Source: Acidobacteriota bacterium
GTDB lineage: Bacteria; Acidobacteriota; UBA6911; RPQK01; JAJDTT01
Length of the DNA: 64,000 nucleotides
Direction: 5' to 3'
Assembly (NCBI GenBank): GCA_965217775.1
Contig: CBDCJH010000002.1
Coordinates: 2,048,001 to 2,112,000, forward strand
The notes beneath the pieces are model-generated. The model searched no databases. It had not been told where the DNA came from and saw only the letters and a list, made by a program, of their open reading frames with translations. Position numbers and translations under genes: made by a program. Positions within the stretch are counted from its first letter, which is position 1, and the number at the start of each line of letters is the position of its first letter. This document shows, piece after piece, positions 30,901 to 40,800 of this stretch.

Positions 30901-33900
30901 GCGGTCCCAACGGGGACGGGAGCGACTCCGATTCAGGACGCGGCGGGCAACGACGCGGCCGGACTGAGCGCCGAGCCGGTGACGAACGAAACGGCGGACA
31001 CGACTCCACCGGCCGTGAGCCAGTTGGAGATCACGTCGGACGCGGGATCGGATGCGACCTACGCGATCGAGGATGACATCGAGCTGACCGTGACCTTCAG
31101 CGAGGACGTCCTGGTGACGGGGAGGCCGCAGTTGACGCTGAGAGTGGGGGACCAGGACCGAACGGCGGACTACGAAAGCGTCACCGACGCGGAGGTGCTG
31201 TTCCGCTACCGGGTGGACAGGGGTGACATCGACACCAACGGAGTGAGCATCGCGGCGGACAGCCTGTCGCTCAATGGAGGAACCATCGAGGACGGCTCGG
31301 ACAACGAGGCCGACCTGGATCATCGCGCGCTGCGAAACCAATCGCGGCACAAGGTGGAGGGCATCAAACCGGAGTTGGCCGCCACCCGCGGAGCAGTCGT
31401 GAACGGAGCGCTGTTGACGCTGACCTATACCGAGACTCTGGACTCGGCGTCAACGCCGCCGTCCAGCGCCTTCTTCGTGTCGGGGGGCTCTTCGTCGCGA
31501 ACCGTTTCCGGAGTCGCATTGAGCGGGAGTACGGTGAAACTCACTCTCTCCTCCGCAGTGGCGCACTGGGAGACGGGGATCCGGGTGAGCTACACGGTCC
31601 CGGCCGGGATGGCGGCGGCCCCGATTCAAGACCGGGTCGGCAACAACGCAGACGGACTGAGCAGCGAGCCGGTGACGAACGAGACACCGGATCGCATCCC
31701 TCCGACGGTCACCTCGGTGGAGATCACTTCGGATCCTGCGGACGGCCGGGACGTCTATGGCATCGGCGAGGAGATCGAGGTCACGGTGACCTTCAGCGAG
31801 ACCGTCATCGTGTCCGGGACCCCGCGGGTGACGTTGAAGGTGGGGGAGCGGAATCGATCGGCGAACTACGAGAGTGTCGCGGGGGCCCTGGTGGCATTTG
31901 CCTACACGGTGGCCGTCAATGACAGCGACACCGACGGTGTGAGCATCGAGGCCGGCAGCCTGTCCGGCGGGACGATCCGGGATACCGCCAGGAACCATGC
32001 GGTCCGGACCCATATGGGGGTGGCGGCCGACACGGGGCAGAAGGTGGACGGCATCAAACCCAAGCTCGCGACCACCGACGGCGCCGTTGCGAACGCAACC
32101 GTACTGACGCTTGCCTACAGCGAGCCACTGGATGGGTCTTCGGTGCCCGGCAACGACGCCTTCTCGGTGACGGGAGGCAATGAGACGCGAACGGTCACCG
32201 GGGTCCAGGTGAGCGGGAGCGCAGTGGAGCTGACCCTGAGTCCAGCGGTAGAGCACGGGGAGACAGGGATCCGGGTGAGCTACACCATTCCGACGGGGAC
32301 GGGCGCGAACCCGATTCAGGACAGGGCAGGCAACGACGTGGATCGCCTGAACAACCGGTCGGTCACCAATCAAACGGGAGACACGACGGGCCCGACGGTC
32401 GAGATGGTGAGGATCACCTCCAATGCGGGATCGGATGGGACCTACACGGTGGATGATCTCATCGAGGTGACGGTGACGTTCAACGAGACGGTGGTGGTGA
32501 CGCGAACCCCGCGGTTGACGTTGAACGTCGGCGGGCAGAATCGAACGGCGGAGTATCTGAGCCTCACGGGAGCCGCCGTCAAGTTCGAGTACCGGATCGC
32601 CCGGGGCGACAACGACCGGGACGGCGTGAGTATCGACGCAGACAGCTTGTCCCGCGGTGGAGGAACGATCCGCGACGGAGCGCGGAATGACGCCACCTTG
32701 ACCCACGCGGGGGTGGCGGCCGATTCACGGCACCAGGTGGACGGGGTGGCGCCGGTGCTGGCCACGACCGACGGGGCGGTGGTGAACGGAACGAGGCTGA
32801 CGCTGGCCTACAGCGAGCCCCTGAGGTCGTCCTCGCGGCCGGCGGCGAGCGCCTTTACCGTGACGGGAGGGAATGAGGCACGGACGGTCACCCGAGTCCA
32901 GGTGAGCGGAAACGCGGTCTTGCTGACGTTGAACCCGGCCGTCACGGACGGGGAGAGCGGCCTCCGGTTGAGCTACCAGCCGGGGGGGAATCCGATCGAG
33001 GACGTGGTGGGGAACGCCGCGGACGGGCTGAACAACCGAACGGTCACCAACCGCACGGGAGACACGACGGGGCCAACAGTGGAGACGGTGAGGATCACCT
33101 CGAACGCAGGGTCGGATCAGACCTATGCGGCCGGCGAGACCATCGAAGTGACGGTGACCTTCAGCGAGACGGTGGTGGTGACGGGGACGCCGCGGCTGAC
33201 GTTGAACGTGGGGGGCCGGAGCCGGAGGGCGAACTATCGGGACGTCACGGGGGCGGCCGTGAGATTCGAATACCAGGTGGTTTCGGGCGACAGCGCCGCC
33301 TACGGGGTGAGCATCGAGGCGAACCGCCTGTCGGGCGGCACGATCCGCGACGGCGCCCGGAACAACGCCGTGCTGAACCACGCGCCGGTGGAGGCCGAGT
33401 CCCGGCACCGGGTGGATGGAATCAAGCCGGTGCTGGCGACGACCGATGGGGCGGTCGTGAACGGGACGACGCTGACGCTGGCCTACGGCGAGCCGTTGGA
33501 TTCCTCTTCGGTGCCGGCGACGGACGACTTCACCATGACAGGCGGGAGTGAAACCCGGACGGTCACCGGCGTCCGGGTCAGCGGAAACGCGGTGTTCCTG
33601 ACCCTGAGCTCGGCCGTCGCGGATGGAGAGAGCCGCCTCCGGGTGAACTACGAGCCCAGGTCGAATCCGATTCAGGACACCGCGGGGAACGACGCGGACC
33701 GGTTGAGCAACAGGAGCGTCACGAACAAGACGGCAGACACGACGGGACCGGCCGTGTCGACGGTTCGGATCACCTCGAGTGCAGGGTCGGACCGGACCTA
33801 CGGCGTGGACGAGACCATCGAGGTGACGGTGACGTTCAACGAGACGGTGGTGATCACCGGAACGCCGGAACTGACCCTGAACGTGGGCGGCGGGAACCGA

Positions 33901-36900
33901 ACGGCGGAGTATCGAAGCGTCTCGAACCAGGCGGTGAAGTTCGCCTACCGGGTGGTCACTGGGGACAACGACGAGGACGGGGTGAGCCTCGAGGCGAACC
34001 GGCTGTCGCGAGCCGGAGGGACGATCCGGGACGGCGCCGGCAATAACGCCATTCTGGACCATACGGCCGTGGCAGCCAGTTCGAGCCACAAGGTGGACGC
34101 GGTCGCCCCGGTCCTGGCGCTGACCGATCCGGTGGTGGTCAACAGGGCGACGCTGACGCTGACCTACAACGAACCGCTCAACACCTCTTCGCGGCCGGCG
34201 AACAGCGACTTCACCGTGGCCGGGGGCAACGAGACGCGCACCGTGACTCGGGTTCAGGTGACCGGGAGCACGGTTCGGCTGACTGTGAGTCCAGCGGCGG
34301 AGCACGGAGAGACGGGCATCCGCGTGACCTATGAACCCCGATCGAATCCGATCCAGGACCGGGTGGGCAACGATGCCGAGGGGTTCCGGGACCAGTTCGT
34401 AGACAACCGGACCCCGGACACGACGGCGCCGTCGATCGAAGGGATCGAGATCAGTTCCGATCCGGGAACCGACGAGACGTACGCGATTGGAGACATGATC
34501 TTGGTAACGGTGCGCTACGACGAGACGGTGACGGTGGACACGGTGCGGGGGACACCGACGCTGGATCTTCTTGTGGGAAACCGGAGAAAGCGGGCCAGCG
34601 CCGGCACGGGTCCCGCACGGGCAGTCGTGGTGTTTGTCTACACGGTGGAGGAGGGGGACGAGGACGAGGATGGAGTAAGCGTGCCCCGGGGGAGTATCGC
34701 GCTCAACGGAGGGAAGATCCTGGATCTGTCAAACAATGCGGCGGTGCGTAGCTATGAGGCAGTGGAAGCGCAAGCGGACCACAAGGTGGATGGGGCGGAA
34801 CCGGAGCTGGAAGACGTTACGGTGCATGGCTCGCGGGTGGCGCTGAACTACGACGAACCGTTGGACGAGGGCTCGGTGCCGTCGAGATTCGACTTCGCGG
34901 TGACGGTGGACGGGAACGATCGAACGGTCTCCCAGGTCCAAGTCAGGGGCAACAGCGTCATCTTGACGTTGGCCTCAGCCGTGGCAACGGGTGACACGGT
35001 GAGGGTGGACTATACGCCGGGATTCAACCCGATCCAGGACGAGGTGGGGAACGGGACCGAGATGTTGACCAATGAAGAAGCCGACCCACCGCTGGTGACC
35101 ATCGAAGCGAGGGAGGGGTCGGAGACGGTGGCGGAAGGCGACACGGTGGAGTTCACGCTGACGCGGGGGCCGCCCACGGAAGCGTCGTTGACCGTGAACG
35201 TGGAGGTCACCGAACGGGGATCGGTGATCGACACGTCGGGCGGCGATCCGCCGGACGAGGTGGTGTTCCCGGCCCGGCTGGAGACGGCGACACTGTCGGT
35301 GCGGACCGACGATGACGATGTGGCCGAGTCCGCCGGAAGGGTCACCGCCCGGCTGCGGCCGAGAGCCGAGTACCGGCTGGGCCCGACTTCGACCCGGAGC
35401 GCCCGGGTGACGGTCCAGGACAACGAAGTCTCGGCCCCGCCCCCACCACCTCCTCCTCCCCCTCCGCCACCACCGCCGCCACCGCCTCCTCCTCCGCCAC
35501 CGCCACCGCCGCCACCGCCTCCGGCTGCGACTGTGCCCACGGCACCGTTGAACCTGCAGGCAGAAGCCGGGGACGGTGAAGTGACGCTGACCTGGAAGGC
35601 CCCCGAGAGCGACGGCCGCTCTGCCCTCACCGGCTACCAGGTCCGAATCGACCGGGCCGGGGACTGGACCTCCATCGGTTCCACGGACCTGACCCATACC
35701 GTCGCCGGACTGACCAACGGCCGGACCTACGTCTTCGAGGTGCGGGCCGTGAACGAAGTCGGCCAGAGTCCCCCGTCCGACGCAGTCGAGTCCACGCCCA
35801 TGGCCGAGGAGGTGATCCTGGAGTTTGCCCATTTCGGCAACGGGGTTTCGGACAACGACGTGCTCATCACCTCCGACCTGGTGCTGGTGAACGTGGCCGA
35901 AGAAGAGATCCGTCCCGTCATCTATTTCTTCGACGGGGAGGGAAATCTGTTTGAGGCCGAGTCCGTGGTGGATGTCGGAGACGATCTGGAGATCCGGGAG
36001 GACGGAGGGCTGTCGCCCCGGACGGAGATCGCGTCGCTGGGCGAGCTGACGATCTCGACCCACGGCCGGGGCGAAGTCGTGACGGGATCGGTCCGGGTGG
36101 TTTCGGACGGACCCATCGGCGGGGTCGTGCGCTTCGACATCCCCGGAATCGGCGTCGCCGGCGTGGGCGCCAGCGAACCCACGGCGGACGCCCTGTTCCC
36201 GGCCCGGCGGCAGGCCGGCGGGATCCGCACCGCGGCGGCCATCCACAACCTGGGGATGGAGGCCGTCGACGTCCAGTGCCGGTTGCTGAAGGACGGCAGT
36301 GTGCTGGAAGAGGGGGAGATCCCGTTGAGCGCCAACGGCCAGGCCTCCAAGTTCATCGAGGAACTGTTCACCGCGACCGACACCACGGACTTCGTGGGGT
36401 CGGTCCGTTGTACGGTCCCGCACGGTGAACTGTTCACGGGAGTGGCGGTGGAACTGGATGCGGGCAACCGGATCTTCACCACCCTGCCAGTGGTGCCGAT
36501 CGGCCCGGAGGCTGCCGAAGATCAGGAAACGACCCTGACCTTCGCGCATTTCGCGAATGGAACTTCCGGCGACGGGACCTTGATCACCTCGGACCTGGTG
36601 CTGGTGAACGTGGCGGCGTCAACGGTTCGTCCCGCCGTCTACTTTTACGATCAGCGTGGGGAACTGCTGGAGCCGGAATCGATGGTGGAGGTCGAAGACC
36701 ATCTTCTCGTCCGAGAGGACGGAGGCTTGACCCTGCAAACGGCCATGGCCCGTCTGGGCGAGTTGACGATCTCGACCCACGGCCGGGGAGAGGTGGTGAC
36801 CGGATCGGTGCGGGTGGTGGCGAACGGACCCGTCGGCGGCGTCCTGCGCTTCGACATCCCGGGCGTCGGCGTGGCCGGCGTGGGCGCGAGTCAACCCACG

Positions 36901-37252
36901 TCGGACGCGCTGTTTCCGGCCCGGAGGCAAACGAGCGGGATCCGCACGGCGGCGTCCATCCGGAACCTGGAAGCGGAGCGGGCGACGGTTCGCTGCGGGT
37001 TGATGAGCGGGGGCGAGGAGTTGGAAGAAGTGGACATCCCTCTCAACGGCCATGGACAGTATGCTCGCTTCATCGAAGAGGTGTTCACCAGGACGGATAC
37101 GGCCGGCTTCGTGGGATCGGTACGATGCACGGCTCTTGGGGAAGGGACGTTCACCGGAGTGGCGGTGGAACTGGACACCGGCAACCGGATCTTCACCACC
37201 CTGCCGGTCGTGCCCATCCAAACCACAGTCCCTCAGCAGTAATTCCAACAGG
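27919..37252. repeat. Copy 1 of a ~9.3 kb direct duplication
   Basis: Colinear with 37475-46787 from CGGTGCGGCCGTCACC to TAATTCCAACAGG. Confidence 0.95.
28252..37242 (+). CDS. Giant exported protein: variable domain, phospho-His motif, PPDK_N ATP-grasp, SwmB/Ig repeats, Calx-beta-like domain, poly-Pro, FN3 and duplicated C-terminal domain
   Basis: Signal-like AAGLLAALALTAPAIA; VAGIIS...PLSHVNLRA..NGIP; GVKAAN, VPDGF, RSSTNNED...GAGLY, YASLW, EIEF and QARP motifs; 7 SwmB-like and 6 Ig-like alternating repeats. Start codon (TTG) uncertain. Confidence 0.88.
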   Translation: MTLAERWQCFWRTESRDCASSRPDSHPSFVAPAWPRHSETPRPQDRSCSSDPRSRGRLTHSASTFSHRLAAGLLAALALTAPAIAQDGADPTCPGGGYNPTPTEVAVTAVPIVVESTTEEYFVLYVKHDVDGTEVEIPVAVTLGEADTTTLAENVEALPAERYRVEKYLVADPADVDGDCIDDLTELADPVGLNPVNPAAAIPRRDGVVAIPDLATFEAISFGGYLPKFVLLGMNTASPRLYFMNTRTTLIHEEFMNAVGIELGQEGMIEGSLMSRGDLVAPDGSLGAYCYWWRPRQHPYSFNVVARAHTLLAASMPLLEDDLVFYISNDALSHAQSDLPLYRESRIHLVFDDEFFPETGFLALNPGEGYGRLRVMDPDERPHPRDIVIYEALPNELPRVAGIISTVPQTPLSHVNLRAVQNGIPNAFIRDALDNDEIDALLGSYVRYEVTEDGWELRAASPEEVDSHYESSRPAQAQTPERDLSFTGITPLSEIGFENWRAFGVKAANVAVLGTLRFPDGTVPDGFAVPFYFYDEFMKANGLYDEIEEMLADPAFQTEFDEQEDDLKDLRKAIKDAETPQWITDALTAMHATYPEGQSLRYRSSTNNEDLPGFNGAGLYDSKTQKPDETEKDGIDKSLKQVYASLWNFRAFSEREFHRIDHLAAAMGVLVHPNYTDELANGVAVSFDLIYGREGRYYVNTQVGEDLVTNPEAHSVPEEILLDEYGFHIVLATSNQVEPGELLLSDDQVNQLRRHLEVIHDHFETLYNPAPEEPFAMEIEFKITSANILAIKQARPWVFDTASSTDMDETAPRFSSAVVNGATLTLVYSEPLDSSSVPGNDAFTVTGGNRTRRVTRVRVSGRSVELTLDPAVEDGETNLRVSYAVPTGTGATPIQDAAGNDAAGLSAEPVTNETADTTPPAVSQLEITSDAGSDATYAIEDDIELTVTFSEDVLVTGRPQLTLRVGDQDRTADYESVTDAEVLFRYRVDRGDIDTNGVSIAADSLSLNGGTIEDGSDNEADLDHRALRNQSRHKVEGIKPELAATRGAVVNGALLTLTYTETLDSASTPPSSAFFVSGGSSSRTVSGVALSGSTVKLTLSSAVAHWETGIRVSYTVPAGMAAAPIQDRVGNNADGLSSEPVTNETPDRIPPTVTSVEITSDPADGRDVYGIGEEIEVTVTFSETVIVSGTPRVTLKVGERNRSANYESVAGALVAFAYTVAVNDSDTDGVSIEAGSLSGGTIRDTARNHAVRTHMGVAADTGQKVDGIKPKLATTDGAVANATVLTLAYSEPLDGSSVPGNDAFSVTGGNETRTVTGVQVSGSAVELTLSPAVEHGETGIRVSYTIPTGTGANPIQDRAGNDVDRLNNRSVTNQTGDTTGPTVEMVRITSNAGSDGTYTVDDLIEVTVTFNETVVVTRTPRLTLNVGGQNRTAEYLSLTGAAVKFEYRIARGDNDRDGVSIDADSLSRGGGTIRDGARNDATLTHAGVAADSRHQVDGVAPVLATTDGAVVNGTRLTLAYSEPLRSSSRPAASAFTVTGGNEARTVTRVQVSGNAVLLTLNPAVTDGESGLRLSYQPGGNPIEDVVGNAADGLNNRTVTNRTGDTTGPTVETVRITSNAGSDQTYAAGETIEVTVTFSETVVVTGTPRLTLNVGGRSRRANYRDVTGAAVRFEYQVVSGDSAAYGVSIEANRLSGGTIRDGARNNAVLNHAPVEAESRHRVDGIKPVLATTDGAVVNGTTLTLAYGEPLDSSSVPATDDFTMTGGSETRTVTGVRVSGNAVFLTLSSAVADGESRLRVNYEPRSNPIQDTAGNDADRLSNRSVTNKTADTTGPAVSTVRITSSAGSDRTYGVDETIEVTVTFNETVVITGTPELTLNVGGGNRTAEYRSVSNQAVKFAYRVVTGDNDEDGVSLEANRLSRAGGTIRDGAGNNAILDHTAVAASSSHKVDAVAPVLALTDPVVVNRATLTLTYNEPLNTSSRPANSDFTVAGGNETRTVTRVQVTGSTVRLTVSPAAEHGETGIRVTYEPRSNPIQDRVGNDAEGFRDQFVDNRTPDTTAPSIEGIEISSDPGTDETYAIGDMILVTVRYDETVTVDTVRGTPTLDLLVGNRRKRASAGTGPARAVVVFVYTVEEGDEDEDGVSVPRGSIALNGGKILDLSNNAAVRSYEAVEAQADHKVDGAEPELEDVTVHGSRVALNYDEPLDEGSVPSRFDFAVTVDGNDRTVSQVQVRGNSVILTLASAVATGDTVRVDYTPGFNPIQDEVGNGTEMLTNEEADPPLVTIEAREGSETVAEGDTVEFTLTRGPPTEASLTVNVEVTERGSVIDTSGGDPPDEVVFPARLETATLSVRTDDDDVAESAGRVTARLRPRAEYRLGPTSTRSARVTVQDNEVSAPPPPPPPPPPPPPPPPPPPPPPPPPPPPPAATVPTAPLNLQAEAGDGEVTLTWKAPESDGRSALTGYQVRIDRAGDWTSIGSTDLTHTVAGLTNGRTYVFEVRAVNEVGQSPPSDAVESTPMAEEVILEFAHFGNGVSDNDVLITSDLVLVNVAEEEIRPVIYFFDGEGNLFEAESVVDVGDDLEIREDGGLSPRTEIASLGELTISTHGRGEVVTGSVRVVSDGPIGGVVRFDIPGIGVAGVGASEPTADALFPARRQAGGIRTAAAIHNLGMEAVDVQCRLLKDGSVLEEGEIPLSANGQASKFIEELFTATDTTDFVGSVRCTVPHGELFTGVAVELDAGNRIFTTLPVVPIGPEAAEDQETTLTFAHFANGTSGDGTLITSDLVLVNVAASTVRPAVYFYDQRGELLEPESMVEVEDHLLVREDGGLTLQTAMARLGELTISTHGRGEVVTGSVRVVANGPVGGVLRFDIPGVGVAGVGASQPTSDALFPARRQTSGIRTAASIRNLEAERATVRCGLMSGGEELEEVDIPLNGHGQYARFIEEVFTRTDTAGFVGSVRCTALGEGTFTGVAVELDTGNRIFTTLPVVPIQTTVPQQ

Positions 37253-37474
37253 TCTAGGGGACAGTCTGTTTTTCCGCGTTCGCCTGCAAAGACATTGGCC
37301 GTCGGGCCGGCAGAGAAGGTGGCGCAGTTGCTGGAGACTTATCGGCAACAAGGTCGATATCGACGTCGCCGACACCCCATTCCCCAACTGGGCGGAGTGC
37401 TGTTTTCCCTGCGGGAGCAGCGCTCGAACGCCTTCGTCACGTAGACTCGCCTGATCTCCAACCGTCGATTCTGC

Positions 37475-37528
37475 CGGTGCGGCCGTCACCACCGCAGCCA
37501 GGACCAGGAATCCGAACGATCTGCTCAT
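37475..37528 (-). pseudogene. Duplicated 5' stub (signal peptide only) of the FG-GAP gene
   Basis: MSRSFGFLVLAAVVTAAP matches the start of 25171-27972; homology ends at the duplication edge. Confidence 0.8.
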
Positions 37529-37807
37529 GACTGGCCCTCCTGGTTCACCGTGCATGCGGGCCAGTACAGCCCACCGGGGAGCAGCGAGGAAGGGGTCCCG
37601 TTTTCGTGGACGACTCAGATTCGGCGGAAACGCGGGGTGGGCCCCACTCTGCGGCCAACAATCATAGCGGATGGGTGGAATATTCACACAATTGACATCT
37701 GAATGACTCTAACTTTCACTCCATATTCACTCCATAGGACTATACTTATCTCTTGATCGTTCCATAGCTTCTGTTCGCTTCAATACTCACTCATTGGAAG
37801 AAAGAGC

Positions 37808-40800
37808 TTGACATTGGCTGAACGGTGGCAACGCTTCTGGAGAACCGAGAGCCGGGATCGCGCCTCCTCCCGGCCTGATTCCCACCCTTCTTTCGTCGCG
37901 CCCGCCTGGTCGCGGCAGTCTGAGACTCCCCGCCCGCAAAACCGCTCCTGCAGCTCGGACCCTCGGTCCCGAGGACGCCTCACTCACTCTGCATTGACCT
38001 TCTCCCACCGCCTGGCGGCGGGCCTGCTGGCCGCGTTGGCCCTAACCGCCCCCGCTATTGCCCAGGACGGTGCCGACCCCACGTGTCCAGGCGGGGGTTA
38101 TAACCCGACGCCGACGGAGGTAGCAGTGACGGCGGTGCCCATCGTGGTCGAGTCCACGACGGAGGAGTACTTCGTGCTCTATGTGAAGCACGATGTCGAT
38201 GGCACGGAAGTGGAGATTCCGGTGGCGGTGACGTTGGGTGAAGCGGACACGACCACGCTGGCCGAGAACGTGGAGGCCCTGCCCGCCGAGCGCTACCGGG
38301 TGGAGAAGTACCTTGTGGCCGACCCGGCCGACGTGGACGGCGACTGCATCGACGACCTCACCGAACTGGCAGACCCGGTGGGCCTGAACCCGGTGAACCC
38401 TGCCGCGGCCATCCCACGCACCGACGGGGTCGTCGCCATTCCCGATCTGGCAACATTCGAGGCGATCTCCGTCAGCGGGGACCACCTCAAGTTCGTTCTG
38501 CTCGGCATGAACACCGACAGCCCGCGTCTCTACTTCATGAACACGAGAACCACTATGCTTCATGAAGAGTTCCTGAATGCCGTCGGCATCGAGTCGGGAC
38601 AGGAGGGGATAATCGACGGCAGTCTCACGCATCGCGGGAATCTCGTTGCCCCTGATGGCAGTCCGGGAGTCTACTGCTTTTGGTGGTATCATCGCGAGCA
38701 GCCGTACTCCTTCAGCGTCGTGGCGCGCGCCCATACGCTGCTTGCCGCCAGCATGCCGCTGCTCGAGGACGACTTGGCGTTTTTCATATCGAACGCCGCT
38801 CTTCCGCATTCTCAACCCTTCTTGCCATTGTTCAGGGAGTCCCGAATCCACCTCGTGTTCGACGACGAGTTCTACGGCGAAGCCAGTGTTCTGTTGTTGA
38901 ATCCGGGGGAGGGGTACGGCCGGCTGCGGGTCATGGACCCGGACGAGCGGCCTCACCCGCGCGACATCGTGATCTACGAGGCGCTGCCCAACGAGCTGCC
39001 CCGCGTGGCCGGCATCATCTCCACCGTGCCCCAGACGCCGCTGTCTCATGTCAACCTGCGCGCCGTGCAGAACGGCATCCCCAACGCCTTCATCCGCGAT
39101 GCCCTCGACAGAGACCGTATCGTCGCTCTCCTCGGCAGCTACGTCCGCTACGAGGTGACCGAGAGCCGCTGGTACCTGCGCGCTGCCTCCCCCGAGGAAG
39201 TCGACGCGCACTACGAGTCTTCCCGCCCCGCCCAGGCGCAGACCCCGGAGCGGGACCTCTCGGTCACCGGGATCACGCCCCTCAGCGAGATCGGTTTCGA
39301 GGACTGGAGGGCATTCGGCGTCAAGGCGGCCAACGTGGCGGTGCTGGGGACCCTGGGTTTCCCGGACGGGACCGTGCCCGACGGTTTTGCCGTGCCGTTC
39401 TACTTCTACGACGAGTTCATGAAGGCCAACGGGCTCTATGACGAGATCGAAGAGATGCTGGCCGACCCCGCTTTCCAAACCGACTTCGATGAGCAGGAGG
39501 ACGATCTCAAGGATCTGCGCAAGGATATCAAGGATGCGGAGACGCCGCAGTGGATCACCGACGCGCTGACCGCGATGCATGCGACGTACCCCGAAGGGCA
39601 ATCGCTGCGCTACCGCTCCAGCACCAACAACGAGGACCTGCCCGGGTTCAACGGCGCGGGCCTGTACGACTCCAAGACCCAGAAGCCGGACGAGACCGAG
39701 AAGGACGGCATCGACAAATCGCTCAAGCAGGTGTATGCCAGCCTCTGGAACTTCCGGGCCTTCAGCGAACGGGAGTTCCATCGCATCGACCACCTGACGG
39801 CGGCGATGGGGGTGCTGGTACATCCCAACTACACCGACGAGTTGGCCAACGGCGTGGCTGTCAGCTTCGACCTCCTCTACGGCCGATTGGGGAGCTACTA
39901 CGTCAACACGCAGGTCGGCGAGGACCTGGTCACCAATCCCGAAGCGCACTCGGTACCGGAGGAAATCCTGTTGGACGAGTTCGGTGGTTACTCCGTTCTT
40001 GGCATCTCCAACCAGGTGCCGCCGGGGCAACTGCTGATGAGCGAAGACCAACTGGATCAGTTGCGCCGGCATCTTGAAGTGATCCATGACCACTTCGAGA
40101 CACTGTACAACCCTGCACCCGAGGAACCGTTCGCCATGGAGATCGAGTTCAAGATCACCAGCGCCAACATCCTGGCGATCAAGCAGGCTCGCCCCTGGGT
40201 CTTCTACACCGATATGGATGAGACCGCGCCGAAGTTCTCTTCCGCGCTGGTGAACGGGGCGACGCTGACGCTGGTCTACAGCGAGCCGCTGGATTCGTCT
40301 TCGGTACCAGGGAACGACGCCTTCACCGTGACCGGAGGCAACCGGACGCGCAGGGTCACCCGAGTCCGGGTGAGCGGGCGCTCGGTGGAGCTGACGCTGG
40401 ATCCGGCGGTGGAGGACGGGGAAACGAACCTCCGAGTAAGCTACGCGGTCCCAACGGGGACGGGAGCGACTCCGATTCAGGACGCGGCGGGCAACGACGC
40501 GGCCGGACTGAGCGCCGAGCCGGTGACGAACGAAACGGCGGACACGACTCCACCGGCCGTGAGCCAGTTGGAGATCACGTCGGACGCGGGATCCGATGCG
40601 ACCTACGCGATCGGGGATGACATCGAGCTGACCGTGACCTTCAGCGAAGACGTCCTGGTGACGGGGAGGCCGCAGTTGACGCTGAGGGTGGGGGACCAGG
40701 ACCGAACGGCGGACTACGAAAGCGTCACCGACGCGGAGGTGCTGTTCCGCTACCGGGTGGTCACCGGTGACATCGACACCAACGGCGTGAGCATTGCGGC

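Noticed and set aside
30680-35080. CRISPR array or non-coding tandem repeat
   Set aside because: The repeats are ~670-bp in-frame protein modules (SwmB/Ig-like), not short repeat-spacer units.
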